From Vicinamibacteria bacterium (GTDB lineage: Bacteria; Acidobacteriota; Vicinamibacteria; Marinacidobacterales; Marinacidobacteraceae): a DNA stretch of 64,000 nucleotides. The stretch spans positions 1,088,001-1,152,000 of the forward strand of contig OY729431.1 of assembly GCA_963422395.1 (NCBI GenBank), written 5' to 3'. Both the position numbers and the translations under genes were made by a program. Each line of letters opens with the position of its first letter. Position 1 is the stretch's first letter. The notes under the pieces are model-generated. The model was not told the origin of the DNA. It made no database searches and saw only the letters and a program-made list of their open reading frames with translations. This document shows positions 1 through 9,260 of the stretch, piece after piece.

Positions 1-808
1 CGCCGCGATCCTCTGCTTCGCCGCTCCGGCACCCGCCCGTCATGCGGCCCTGCTGCTCGCCGCACTCTATGCCTGCCGCGAAGCGGTACGGCTGGCCGGC
101 GCCGCATTCGTGGACCGTGCGGAGACAGGCAGCCGGCCGCCGAACCTCTTCTTTCCCGACTTCGTCTTCACGGCGGCTCTGGTCCTGCTCGCCGCTTCGC
201 TCGGCGCCACCGCCTCCTTTCTCCCCCTGCGTCCGGAATCGCCGGAATCGGTCGCTGCGATCGCGCTGGTTCTGGTAGGGCTCCTCGCGCTCACCCTCCC
301 CCGGACCCCGGCCGGTTTCTCGCGCCTCGGAGCCGTGGTTCTCGCCGGCTGCTGGATCGGTCTTCCCACGGCGGCGATCCTCGCGCTGAGCGCCGGGGAA
401 ACCGGAGGCCGAACTCTCTTCTTCCTGTTCGCCACGGTGATGAGTGGAGAAGCCGGCGCTTTCGCCGTCGGGAAGCTGGTGGGCGGGCCGCTGCTCGCTC
501 CCCGACTCAGTCCGGGAAAGACCTGGGTCGGATTCGCCGCGCAGCTGATCGTCTCCGCCGCGGTCGCCGGGCTTGCGGCGCCGCTCCTCGATCCCCGCCC
601 GCCGGGTTTGGCCGCGGCGACCGCCGGCGCCTGTCTGGCCGCGGCCGCGGCGCTCGGAGATCTGTTCGAGTCCTATTGGAAACGGGCTTCCGGACTGAAG
701 GACAGCGGGCGGCTCCTGCCCGGGCACGGCGGGATGCTGGACCGGGTGGACGGGATGCTCTTCGCCGCCGTCGCCTTCGAGGCGGTCCGGGGTTTCCTGC
801 CCGGCTGA
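1..808 (+). CDS. cdsA: Phosphatidate cytidylyltransferase (5'-partial)
   Basis: Hydrophobic ORF open from the window start. Contains SPGKTWVG and the C-terminal signature GDLFESYWKR...KDSGRLLPGHGGMLDRVD. Confidence 0.92.
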   Translation, partial: AAILCFAAPAPARHAALLLAALYACREAVRLAGAAFVDRAETGSRPPNLFFPDFVFTAALVLLAASLGATASFLPLRPESPESVAAIALVLVGLLALTLPRTPAGFSRLGAVVLAGCWIGLPTAAILALSAGETGGRTLFFLFATVMSGEAGAFAVGKLVGGPLLAPRLSPGKTWVGFAAQLIVSAAVAGLAAPLLDPRPPGLAAATAGACLAAAAALGDLFESYWKRASGLKDSGRLLPGHGGMLDRVDGMLFAAVAFEAVRGFLPG

Positions 809-809
809 A

Positions 810-2138
810 TCAATCGAGGAACCCGCGCAGGATTCCGCTCTTCGACAGGTCCAGGAAGATCACCAACACGAACACCAGGAGCAGGAACGCCGCTCCAGCG
901 AACATCAGAGCCTTCCGCAGGCGAAGGCTCAGATCGCGCCGCGCGGCCGACTCCACGAGCAGCACCGCGATCTGGCCGCCGTCCAGCACCGGAATCGGCA
1001 ACAGGTTCAGGACGCCGAGGCTGAGGCTGAGGATGGCCATCAGCATCAGGACCTCCGTCGGACCCCGGCGGAGGGCTTCCCCCGAGGCCTGCGCGATCCC
1101 GATGGGTCCGGAGAACTGGCGTGCCGACGCCGACCCGGACGCCACCCGGGTGAGCTGGCGCACGGTGAGGCTTCCCCAGCGCGTAGTCTCCGCCACCGCC
1201 TCGCGGATTGCCTCCGGCACCGAACCCACCTGGACCCGGCGGTACGGAGGCCGGAAGATCACGCCGATCCGCGGCCAGGCCTGTCCGGTCTCCGGATCCT
1301 CGTAGGCTTCCGGAGTGACCGGGACGCTGAGGCGGCGGCCGTCCCGCTCGACGCCGAAGGTGATCTCGCGGACTCCAGTGGAGCGCACGATGCCGGCGAC
1401 CTCCTGCCGGCTGCCGACCGGCGTACCGTCCACGCTCACCAGGAGATCGCCCGCCGCGATCCCAGCACCCGCCGCCGGTGTTTCCGGAATCACTTCCCCG
1501 ATGATCGGCGGCGCCGGCGGATAGATTCCGGCATCGCCTACCGCGTCCCGTCCCTCGGAACCTATCGCGACCGCGAATTCGCGCGGCCCTCCGTTCCGTT
1601 CGACGGCGAAGACGACTTCCTGATCGGGTCGGGTGAAGATCTCCTCGATCGTCGACCTCCAATCGGTCACCGGTTCGCCGGCGATCTCCTTGATCCGGTC
1701 CCCGGGGAGAAGCCCGCCGTCGGCCGCCGGCGAATCGGCCGCCAGGTACGAGATCACCGGCGGGTCGGAAAGCCCCACCCGCCGATCGATCCCGAAGTAG
1801 AAGAGTCCGGAGAGAATCGCCACCGCGACGAGGAAGTTCATCGCCGGGCCGGCGAACAGGATGGCGAGGCGCTCGCCGCGGGTGCGGTTCTGGAGTTCGC
1901 CGGGGTCGCTGCTGCGCGTCCCGGGAAGGTCGCCGGCCATCTTCACATAGCCGCCGATGGGAAGCAGGCCGATCGTCCACTCGGTCCCGCGGATCTTGCG
2001 CCGGAAGATGTTCGGGGGAAAGCCGATGGCGAAGGTCTCCACCCGGACGCCGAGGAAGCGCGCGGTGAGGAAGTGGCCCAGTTCGTGGAGGATCACCAGC
2101 GTGCCGACCACGAGCACGAACGCGATCAGGGTGAGCAC
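810..2138 (-). CDS. rseP: RIP metalloprotease RseP (M50, two PDZ domains)
   Basis: HELGH zinc motif, GGYVKM, two PDZ-like segments and NLLPIPVLDGG. Confidence 0.95.
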   Translation of the reverse strand: MLTLIAFVLVVGTLVILHELGHFLTARFLGVRVETFAIGFPPNIFRRKIRGTEWTIGLLPIGGYVKMAGDLPGTRSSDPGELQNRTRGERLAILFAGPAMNFLVAVAILSGLFYFGIDRRVGLSDPPVISYLAADSPAADGGLLPGDRIKEIAGEPVTDWRSTIEEIFTRPDQEVVFAVERNGGPREFAVAIGSEGRDAVGDAGIYPPAPPIIGEVIPETPAAGAGIAAGDLLVSVDGTPVGSRQEVAGIVRSTGVREITFGVERDGRRLSVPVTPEAYEDPETGQAWPRIGVIFRPPYRRVQVGSVPEAIREAVAETTRWGSLTVRQLTRVASGSASARQFSGPIGIAQASGEALRRGPTEVLMLMAILSLSLGVLNLLPIPVLDGGQIAVLLVESAARRDLSLRLRKALMFAGAAFLLLVFVLVIFLDLSKSGILRGFLD

Positions 2139-2145
2139 GAGAGAG

Positions 2146-3339
2146 TCAGCAGCCGGCGGGTGCCGGGGTACGCCGATGGACGAGGGTGAGGGCGTGGTCG
2201 CGGGCCCATCGGTCCGCGCGGATCACCGCCGCGAGGCCGGTCGGCTCGACCGGCGAGTGTTCGCCGAGCGTTTCCTCGATGACGGCCGGGATATCGGGGA
2301 AACGGATCCGGCCATCGAGGAACGCGGCTACCGCCACTTCGTTCGCGGCGTTCAGGACCGCAGGCGTATCCCCGCCTGCGTCCAGGGCTTCGGCGGCGAG
2401 GCGCAGGCAGGGGAACCGTCCCGAGTCGGGCGGAGTGAACCGAAGCGAGAACGGCTCGTCGAGAGCCAACGGCGGAAGTCCGGTGGGGAGCCGCTCCGGC
2501 CAGGTGAGCGCGTGCTGGACCGGTGCCCTCATGTGAGGCGCTCCCAGCTGGGCGAGCAGGGACCCGTCCTCGAACTCCACCATCGAGTGGACGATCGATT
2601 CCGGATGGACCACCACCCGGATGGAGTCCGCCGGGGCATCGAAGAGCCACCGGGCTTCGATCCGCTCGAGGCCCTTGTTCATCATGGTTGCGGAATCGAT
2701 CGTGATCTTGCGGCCCATCCTCCAGGTGGGGTGGCGCAGTGCGGTTTCGGGGGTCGCCGAGGCGATCTCCTCGCTGGAAGCAGTGCGGAACGGGCCCCCG
2801 GAGGCCGTCAGCCACAGGCGCCGCACCGGCTCCCGCCGCCCGGCGAGGCACTGGTGGATGGCGGCGTGTTCGCTGTCCACCGGGATGAGCGCCGCGCCCG
2901 CGGCGGCGGCGGCGCTCGCCATGACCGCACCTGCCGCGACCAGGGACTCCTTGTTCGCGAGGCCTACGGTGAGCCCCTGGCGAAGCGCCGCCAGGGTCGG
3001 CCGCAGCCCGGCGATTCCGACGATCGCGGAGAGGACTCCCTCGACGCCGGGCCAGGTCGCCGCCCGCTCCAGCCCGGCGGCGCCCGAGGCGATCTCGACT
3101 TCGGGGAGCCGTCGGGCGAAGTCCCTCTCGAACTTCTCCGCTTCCACGGGGTTTCCGATCGCGACCACTTCTGGACGGTAGCGCTCGACGAGCGAGGCGA
3201 GGCGGGTGGTGGAACGGCCGGCCGCGAGCGCCGCGACCCGGAGACGCTCCGAAAGGCGGTCCACGACCTCGAGCGCGGTCTTGCCGACGGAACCCGTGGC
3301 CCCCAGGATGGAGAGGGCGCGGATCCTCGGTTTCGTCAC
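2146..3339 (-). CDS. dxr: 1-deoxy-D-xylulose 5-phosphate reductoisomerase
   Basis: ILGATGSVG, LANKESLV, PVDSEH and MGRKITIDSATMMNKGLE motifs. Start taken at GTG 3339, just before the Rossmann motif. Confidence 0.95.
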   Translation of the reverse strand: MTKPRIRALSILGATGSVGKTALEVVDRLSERLRVAALAAGRSTTRLASLVERYRPEVVAIGNPVEAEKFERDFARRLPEVEIASGAAGLERAATWPGVEGVLSAIVGIAGLRPTLAALRQGLTVGLANKESLVAAGAVMASAAAAAGAALIPVDSEHAAIHQCLAGRREPVRRLWLTASGGPFRTASSEEIASATPETALRHPTWRMGRKITIDSATMMNKGLERIEARWLFDAPADSIRVVVHPESIVHSMVEFEDGSLLAQLGAPHMRAPVQHALTWPERLPTGLPPLALDEPFSLRFTPPDSGRFPCLRLAAEALDAGGDTPAVLNAANEVAVAAFLDGRIRFPDIPAVIEETLGEHSPVEPTGLAAVIRADRWARDHALTLVHRRTPAPAGC

Positions 3340-3469
3340 TCGACCCGCCCAGTGCGCCTCGTCGGGACGCCTGCGCGGAGCCAGGATTGTAGAGGCGGGC
3401 GGCGGGCCCCTCCGCCGAGAGGTTCCAGCGCGTAAGATGGTTCGTCTTCCGCCCCGGCGCGAATCCCTT

Positions 3470-4579
3470 TTGAAGATCGAACAGCTCGTCCTCCGGGAGA
3501 TCCGACTGGATCTGAAATCCCCGTTCGAAACCAGTTTCGCGCGGGTCACGAACCAGCAGTTCCTGCTTCTCGAAGCCCGGGTGGACGGGATCTCCGGCTA
3601 TTCCGAGTGCGTCGCCGACCTCGCCCCGGGGTATTCGTACGAAACCGTCCGCACTGCCCGGCACCTCATCGAGGACTTCCTCTGGCCGCTGGCGGCGGCG
3701 GCCGAATATGCCCATCCCGACGAGGTGCTCCCCTCGTTCGCCGTGATCCGCGGGCACAACATGGCGAAGGCGGCGATCGAGATGGCGGTCTGGGACGCTT
3801 ACGCCCGCCACAACCGGCAGCCGCTCGCCGCCGCCCTCGGCGGCGTCCGCCGGCGTATCACCTCCGGGGTCTCGATCGGCATCCAGGACACCGTGGAAGA
3901 GCTGCTCGACCGGATCGGGGGCGAACTTTCCCGCGGCTACCGACGGATCAAGATCAAGATCAAACCCGGGTGGGATCTCGAAGTGGTACGGCGGGTCCGG
4001 GAGCGCTACCCGCAGATCCCGTTGATGGTGGACGCGAACAGCGCCTACTCGCTCGACGACGCGCCGCTCTTCGCCGCCCTCGACGGTTTCGATCTGATGA
4101 TGATCGAACAACCGCTGGCCCACGACGACATGTGGGATCACGCGGCCTTGCAACGGCGCCTCCGGACCCCGATCTGCCTCGACGAATCGGTCCATTCCGC
4201 TGCCGACGCCCGCCGCGCGATCGAGATGGGGGCCTGCCGGATCATCAACGTCAAGGCGGGCCGGGTCGGCGGGCTCTCTTCGGCGCGCGCCATCGCCGAC
4301 CTCGCCGAGCGCGCCGGGATCCCCGTCTGGTGCGGCGGGATGCTCGAGAGCGGGGTCGGACGGGCCCACAACATCCATCTCTCCTCGCTCTCCGGTTTTT
4401 CGATGCCCGGCGATGTGGCGGCTTCGGAGCGCTATTTCCAGGAAGAGATCATCTCCCCGCCCGTCACCGTGGATCCGGACGGCTCGCTCCCGATCCCCGA
4501 AGGGGAGGGCATCGGGTTCACCCTGCTGGACGATGTCATCCGGCGCCACACCCTTTGCGAGACCACGCTTTCGCCCTGA
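3470..4579 (+). CDS. menC: o-succinylbenzoate synthase / N-acylamino acid racemase (enolase superfamily)
   Basis: KIKIKPG, DANS, EQP, DES and CGGMLESG motifs. TTG start at 3470 (LKIEQLVLREIRL). Confidence 0.85.
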   Translation: MKIEQLVLREIRLDLKSPFETSFARVTNQQFLLLEARVDGISGYSECVADLAPGYSYETVRTARHLIEDFLWPLAAAAEYAHPDEVLPSFAVIRGHNMAKAAIEMAVWDAYARHNRQPLAAALGGVRRRITSGVSIGIQDTVEELLDRIGGELSRGYRRIKIKIKPGWDLEVVRRVRERYPQIPLMVDANSAYSLDDAPLFAALDGFDLMMIEQPLAHDDMWDHAALQRRLRTPICLDESVHSAADARRAIEMGACRIINVKAGRVGGLSSARAIADLAERAGIPVWCGGMLESGVGRAHNIHLSSLSGFSMPGDVAASERYFQEEIISPPVTVDPDGSLPIPEGEGIGFTLLDDVIRRHTLCETTLSP

Positions 4580-6693
4580 GCGCGCTTCCTCTGGGCGGAG
4601 TTGCGCTGCTGCTCGCCGCCATGTCGTCCGCGGCCGGCGCGCCGGCCGCACCGGTTCCGCAGACTTCGGGAGAAGCCCCGCTGCCAACCGTCCGCGAGCG
4701 GCTCGCGCGGGTAGTCGCCCTCGAGGATGCGCGGTCCTTCGGCGATGGATGGCTGCGCGCCCGGGTCCTCGATCCCGATCCGGAAGTGCGGCGCCAGACG
4801 GTGCTGGCTCTCGGCCGCATCGGCCGCCCCGAAGCGGTCGAGCCGCTCTTGCGGGCGCTCGGCGGCGACAAGGCGGGTGCGGTGCGTTCCGCGGCGGCGT
4901 TCGCACTCGGGATCCTCGAAGACCCGCTGTCTGCCGAGGCGGAGGCGGCTCTCGAGGCGTCGCTTTCCGATCCTTCGGAAAGGGTGCGGGAAAAGGCGGT
5001 CGAGGCGCTCGGGCGCCGGGGTGGAGAGCGTGCCGGCGAGATCGTGCGGGGCCGGCTCGCCGAACTCGTCGAGGCCGAGGGGTTCGCCGACCGGCGCGAA
5101 GATGTGGAGGTCTCGCTGCGCCGTTCTTCCTGGGACGAGGCGCGCCTTTCCCTCTTCGCGCTCGCCCGGATTCGGGACGACGGCGGAGACCCCGGCGACT
5201 CGCGGACGCTGCTCGTCCGGGACGGATCCCCCCGCACCGATTGGTGGGCAGCGGCGTGGACCGCCGCCCGGCTGCGGGATCCCACCCTCTCGGATCTCTA
5301 TCGTGCCTATGCCGCTTCTCCGGACCCGGTGGTGCGGGCGCTCGGGGTCCGCGGATTCGGCGGCGCGGGGCTCCCCGTCGTCGGCGAGCTGACCGCCCCC
5401 TTGGACGATCCGAGCGACATCGTGCGCATCGAGGCGATCCGCGCGGCCGCGGCGCTCGCTGAAGCCGGAGCAGCGCCGGCGGCGGCGGGCTCCCTGCTGC
5501 TCGCGGCGCTCGACGATGCGGTCCCCGGAATCCGCAGCGAAGCGATCGCGGCCCTCGGCTCCGTGCTGCATCCGGCCGCGGTACCGGCCCTCATCGATCG
5601 GATGCAGTCGCCGGATCCCGAAACCCGCGCCGCCGCGCTCGGTGCCGTCCACCGTCAGGACCCGGAGGGTTTCTGGCTGCTGCTGTCCGGCTGGTCCGAC
5701 CGCGACCCTCTCGGCAGGATCGCCATGGCGCGGCGGCTGTCCGCGATCCAGGATCCGCGCATTCGCGGGTTTCTGCTCGAAAACCTCCTCGCCGACGAGG
5801 ACCCGCGGGTTCGAGCCGCGGCGTTGACCGGACTCGGAGCTCTCGAAGCCGAGCTGTCGGCCGCGGGGCAGGGGAGCCCCGAGCTGGCAGTAGCCTCGAT
5901 TCGAGCGCTGGATGCCCCCGACCTCTACGAACGGGCTGCTGCCGCGGGAGCGCTTTCCCGGCTCGGCTCCGGACTCCTCGAACACCGGATCGAGGCCATC
6001 GAGCGCGCTTACCGCGGCGACAACGCGCCCCGCCCCGACTTCCGGCTGGCAGCACTCCGCGCCCGCCTCGCCCACGGTGCCGGAGAAGCCCGCATCCGGT
6101 TCGCCGGAGAAGCCCTCGCCGACGCCGCCTGGCCCGTCCGCCGGGAAGCGCATCAGTTCTTGCGCCGGAGCAGCGCTCCCCCCGGGGAAGCCCCGGCGCC
6201 AGCGCCGGAACTCGCTGCGGCGGAGTACGACGCCATGCTCCACGCGCCTTTCACCCCGGTGGCGTGGATCGAGACGGCCGGCGGCGAGATCGAGATCGAA
6301 CTCTTCATCGCCGACGCGCCGCGAACGGTGACGAACTTCATCCGGCTCTCCCGGGAGGGTTTCTACGACGGGCTCCGCTTCCACCGGGTGGTGCCGAACT
6401 TCGTGGTGCAGACGGGGGACCCGCGGGGCGACTCGTCCGGCGGACCGGGATACACGATCCGCTGTGAGGTCAACGAACGCTTCTACATGCGCGGAAGCGT
6501 CGGCATGGCGCTCGATGGCAAGGACACCGGGGGCAGCCAGTTCTTCATCACCCTGCTGCCGCAGCCGCACCTCAACGGCCGCTTCACGCTGTTCGGGCAG
6601 GTGCGCTCCGGTTTCGATGTCCTCGACCGCATCCGGCCGGGGGAGCGCATCCGGCGCATCCGGATCTGGGACGGCATCACTCCGCCGTATTGA
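4576..6693 (+). CDS. Exported HEAT-repeat protein with C-terminal cyclophilin-type PPIase domain
   Basis: Repeated D.DP.VR..A..ALG units. C-terminal FYDGLRFHRVVPNFVVQTGDP...GMA...DTGGSQFFI. Signal-peptide-like N-terminus; start uncertain (CTG 4576 or ATG 4621). Confidence 0.85.
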   Translation: MSALPLGGVALLLAAMSSAAGAPAAPVPQTSGEAPLPTVRERLARVVALEDARSFGDGWLRARVLDPDPEVRRQTVLALGRIGRPEAVEPLLRALGGDKAGAVRSAAAFALGILEDPLSAEAEAALEASLSDPSERVREKAVEALGRRGGERAGEIVRGRLAELVEAEGFADRREDVEVSLRRSSWDEARLSLFALARIRDDGGDPGDSRTLLVRDGSPRTDWWAAAWTAARLRDPTLSDLYRAYAASPDPVVRALGVRGFGGAGLPVVGELTAPLDDPSDIVRIEAIRAAAALAEAGAAPAAAGSLLLAALDDAVPGIRSEAIAALGSVLHPAAVPALIDRMQSPDPETRAAALGAVHRQDPEGFWLLLSGWSDRDPLGRIAMARRLSAIQDPRIRGFLLENLLADEDPRVRAAALTGLGALEAELSAAGQGSPELAVASIRALDAPDLYERAAAAGALSRLGSGLLEHRIEAIERAYRGDNAPRPDFRLAALRARLAHGAGEARIRFAGEALADAAWPVRREAHQFLRRSSAPPGEAPAPAPELAAAEYDAMLHAPFTPVAWIETAGGEIEIELFIADAPRTVTNFIRLSREGFYDGLRFHRVVPNFVVQTGDPRGDSSGGPGYTIRCEVNERFYMRGSVGMALDGKDTGGSQFFITLLPQPHLNGRFTLFGQVRSGFDVLDRIRPGERIRRIRIWDGITPPY

Positions 6694-6697
6694 TCGG

Positions 6698-7567
6698 GTG
6701 GGCGGCAGCAGTTCGGGCGCGGCAGCGTCCGCTTCCGGGCCCCGTTTCGGCCTCGCGGCCTTCGATCTCGACGGCACCCTGCTCGACTCGAACAAACGGA
6801 TCTCCGACCGCAACCGGGAGGCGCTTTTCCGTGCGGAGCGGGCGGGGGTCCGGCTCGCGGTGATCTCCGGACGCCGCTTCGCCGAACTCGAGTCGCTGAC
6901 CGTCGGGCTGCCGGCGGGCCTGTTCCGCGCCGGGCACGGAGGAGCGCTGATCCGACAGGAGCGCCGCGCGATCTCCGAAATCCCGGTGCCGCGGGCGGCG
7001 GCGCTCGAGGCGTGCCGGATCGCGCTCACCCCCGGGCTCATCCCCGGACTCATCCTCCTCATCAGCGACCGGGACGGCGGAGTGCGGATCACCGCCCGGG
7101 AAGCTGCTTCGGAACGGGTCGCGCGCTATCTCGCGACGGTGCGGCCCCGGCCCCGTTTCGAATCGTTCCCGCGGTTCGTAGAAGACCCGCTGCATGTGGT
7201 GCTCGCGGGAAGGCCCGCCGCCTGCCGGGCGGCCGAAGCGGCGCTCGGCGAGGCGCTCGGAGAGACCGTGACCCTGGAGCGGACCGAGTACCCGGCTACC
7301 GACCTGGGCCTGCTGGATGTGCTCGGGGCCGGGGCGAACAAGGGGGCAGCGCTCGCGCGGATCGCGGAGGACGCCGGCGTTCCGCTCGAGGCGACCCTCG
7401 CGTTCGGCGACAACTGGAATGATGTGGGCATGCTCGAGGCGGCGGGCCTGGGCTTCCTGATGGAGAACGCCGAACCCGAACTCAAGGCGCTGGGCTTCCC
7501 GCTCACCGGATCCCACGACGCCCACGGGGTGGCTTCGGCGCTCGATCGTCTGATCCCCGCTTCTTGA
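6698..7567 (+). CDS. Cof-type HAD IIB hydrolase
   Basis: DLDGTLL, SGRR, NKG and FGDNWNDVGML motifs. Confidence 0.9.
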   Translation: MGGSSSGAAASASGPRFGLAAFDLDGTLLDSNKRISDRNREALFRAERAGVRLAVISGRRFAELESLTVGLPAGLFRAGHGGALIRQERRAISEIPVPRAAALEACRIALTPGLIPGLILLISDRDGGVRITAREAASERVARYLATVRPRPRFESFPRFVEDPLHVVLAGRPAACRAAEAALGEALGETVTLERTEYPATDLGLLDVLGAGANKGAALARIAEDAGVPLEATLAFGDNWNDVGMLEAAGLGFLMENAEPELKALGFPLTGSHDAHGVASALDRLIPAS

Positions 7568-8691
7568 TCTTCGAGGTCACCGCGACGAGCGGGCCGGCTC
7601 GCCTCGGCCGCCTCCTCACTGCGCATGGCCCGGTGGAAACCCCGGCCTTCATGCCGGTCGCCACCGGCGGCGCGATCCGCGGCCTGACGAGCGCCGGGAC
7701 CGCGGCCACCGGTTCCCCCATGCTGCTGAGCAATGCGTGGCACCTCATGCTGCAGCCGGGGGACGAGCGGATCGCCCGGCTCGGCGGCCTGCACCGTCTC
7801 ATGGCGTGGGACCGGCCGATCCTCACCGACAGCGGCGGATACCAACTAGCGAGCCTGAAGCAGCTCGCCAAGGTGTCGGAAGCCGGCGTGCGGGTGCGTT
7901 CTTACCGCGATGGATCGATGCACGAACTGACTCCCGAGCGGGCTATCGGGATTCAGCGGAACCTGGGATCCGATATCGCCATGGTCCTCGACGAATGCCT
8001 GGCGCTGCCGGCGGCCGAAGCTGCGGTTCGGCAGGCGGCGCACCGCAGCCTACGCTGGGCCGAACGGTCGCTCGTGCCGCCGCGCCCCCCCGGACAGTTG
8101 CTCTTCGGGATCGTGCAGGGAGGTGTTTCGGCAGCTCTGCGGCGCGAAAACGCCCGGGAGCTGGCGGCCTTCGGGCCCGCGGGCGAAGGTTTCGACGGTT
8201 TCGGCGTCGGCGGTCTGTTCATGGGGGAAGCCCGGGAGGAGACGCGGCGTATGACCCGGGTCGCCGCCGAGGCGCTCGGCGAGGAGCGCCCGCGCTATCT
8301 CATGGGCGCGGGGCTGCCGGCCGATCTCATCGAGTCGGCAGGACTCGGGGTGGATCTCTTCGACAGCGTGGTGCCGACCCGGCTCGCGCGGCGCGGGATC
8401 GTGTTCACTGCGGCGGGCCGCATGAATCTCTCCCGCGCCCCGTACCGGGACGACGGCGCCCGCCTCGACGAGGCGTGCCCCTGTCCCGCTTGCCGGGAAT
8501 CCTGCCGCGCCTGGCTCCACCACCTGCTGCGCGCGGGGGAGCGGATCGCCGCGACCCTCCTGACGGCGCACAACCTGACCTTCTACGCCGGACTCACCGC
8601 GCGGATGCGGGAGGCGATCCGGGAGGATCGTTACGCCTCTTTCGAGGAGGAACAGCGGAACCGGTGGGCCTCGACCGCTCCGCACCGCTGA
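7564..8691 (+). CDS. tgt: tRNA-guanine transglycosylase
   Basis: TPAFMPV, TDSGGYQ, LDEC, GIVQGG, FDSVVPTR and the Zn site CPCPAC...H. Lies upstream of yajC-secDF. Confidence 0.92.
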   Translation: MIFEVTATSGPARLGRLLTAHGPVETPAFMPVATGGAIRGLTSAGTAATGSPMLLSNAWHLMLQPGDERIARLGGLHRLMAWDRPILTDSGGYQLASLKQLAKVSEAGVRVRSYRDGSMHELTPERAIGIQRNLGSDIAMVLDECLALPAAEAAVRQAAHRSLRWAERSLVPPRPPGQLLFGIVQGGVSAALRRENARELAAFGPAGEGFDGFGVGGLFMGEAREETRRMTRVAAEALGEERPRYLMGAGLPADLIESAGLGVDLFDSVVPTRLARRGIVFTAAGRMNLSRAPYRDDGARLDEACPCPACRESCRAWLHHLLRAGERIAATLLTAHNLTFYAGLTARMREAIREDRYASFEEEQRNRWASTAPHR

Positions 8692-8708
8692 GTCGGTACC
8701 GGGGCTGG

Positions 8709-8749
8709 TGTGACCTGCGGCAGGTCGTTCATGCGAGCCCGATGCCCGA
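8709..8749 (+). mobile_element. Orphan terminal remnant of the IS481-family element
   Basis: TGTGACC-TGCGGCAGGTCGTTCATGCGAGCCCGATGCCCGA matches the reverse complement of the IS end at 29497-29538 with 1 gap and 3 mismatches. Confidence 0.85.
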
Positions 8750-8920
8750 GGGCGGTCCCCTCGCGGGGATGGAGAACCCCCTCCCGCCGCCGTGTCTCGG
8801 TACGCCCTCGAAGCCGTGGTATCCTGTCCGGCCTTCGGCGCCCGGTCCTGCTCCACCGAGGGGGTCCGGGCTTTTTCGCGTTCCCATCGTTCGCGTTTCC
8901 TCATCGCCGGGATCCCGACC

Positions 8921-9223
8921 ATGCTCCCTCCTCTGCTTCAGGCCGACGCCGGCGGCGGCGCCTTCGGCATGCAGATCTTCCTGTTCGCCGTCATCTTCGG
9001 CATCTTCTATCTCATCGTGTTCCGCCCCATGCGGAAGCGGCAGCGGGACACCGAGCGAATGCTGAAAAGCCTCGATCGCGGCGCGCGGGTCGTCACGAGC
9101 GGCGGCATCCACGGCACGATCATCGGGATCCAGGGGGAGGTGGTGCAGCTCAAGGTGGCCGACAACCTCAAGCTCCAGATCTCGAAGAGCGCCGTCGCCA
9201 GCGTGATCGACAAGAAGGCCTGA
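8921..9223 (+). CDS. yajC: Preprotein translocase subunit YajC
   Basis: FYLIVFRPMRKRQ and VVTSGGIHG motifs; located between tgt and secD. Confidence 0.95.
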   Translation: MLPPLLQADAGGGAFGMQIFLFAVIFGIFYLIVFRPMRKRQRDTERMLKSLDRGARVVTSGGIHGTIIGIQGEVVQLKVADNLKLQISKSAVASVIDKKA

Positions 9224-9260
9224 CCGTCCTCGCCGCGAGGAGGGTTTCCTCGACTTCACC

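Noticed and set aside
2126-4906. Very long antisense or alternative-frame ORFs (e.g. 926 aa here; also 4432-7092, 47537-50401, 51062-53632, 38436-40712)
   Set aside because: Shadow ORFs of high-GC genes: they overlap well-supported genes, are Arg/Pro/Gly-rich and have no motifs.
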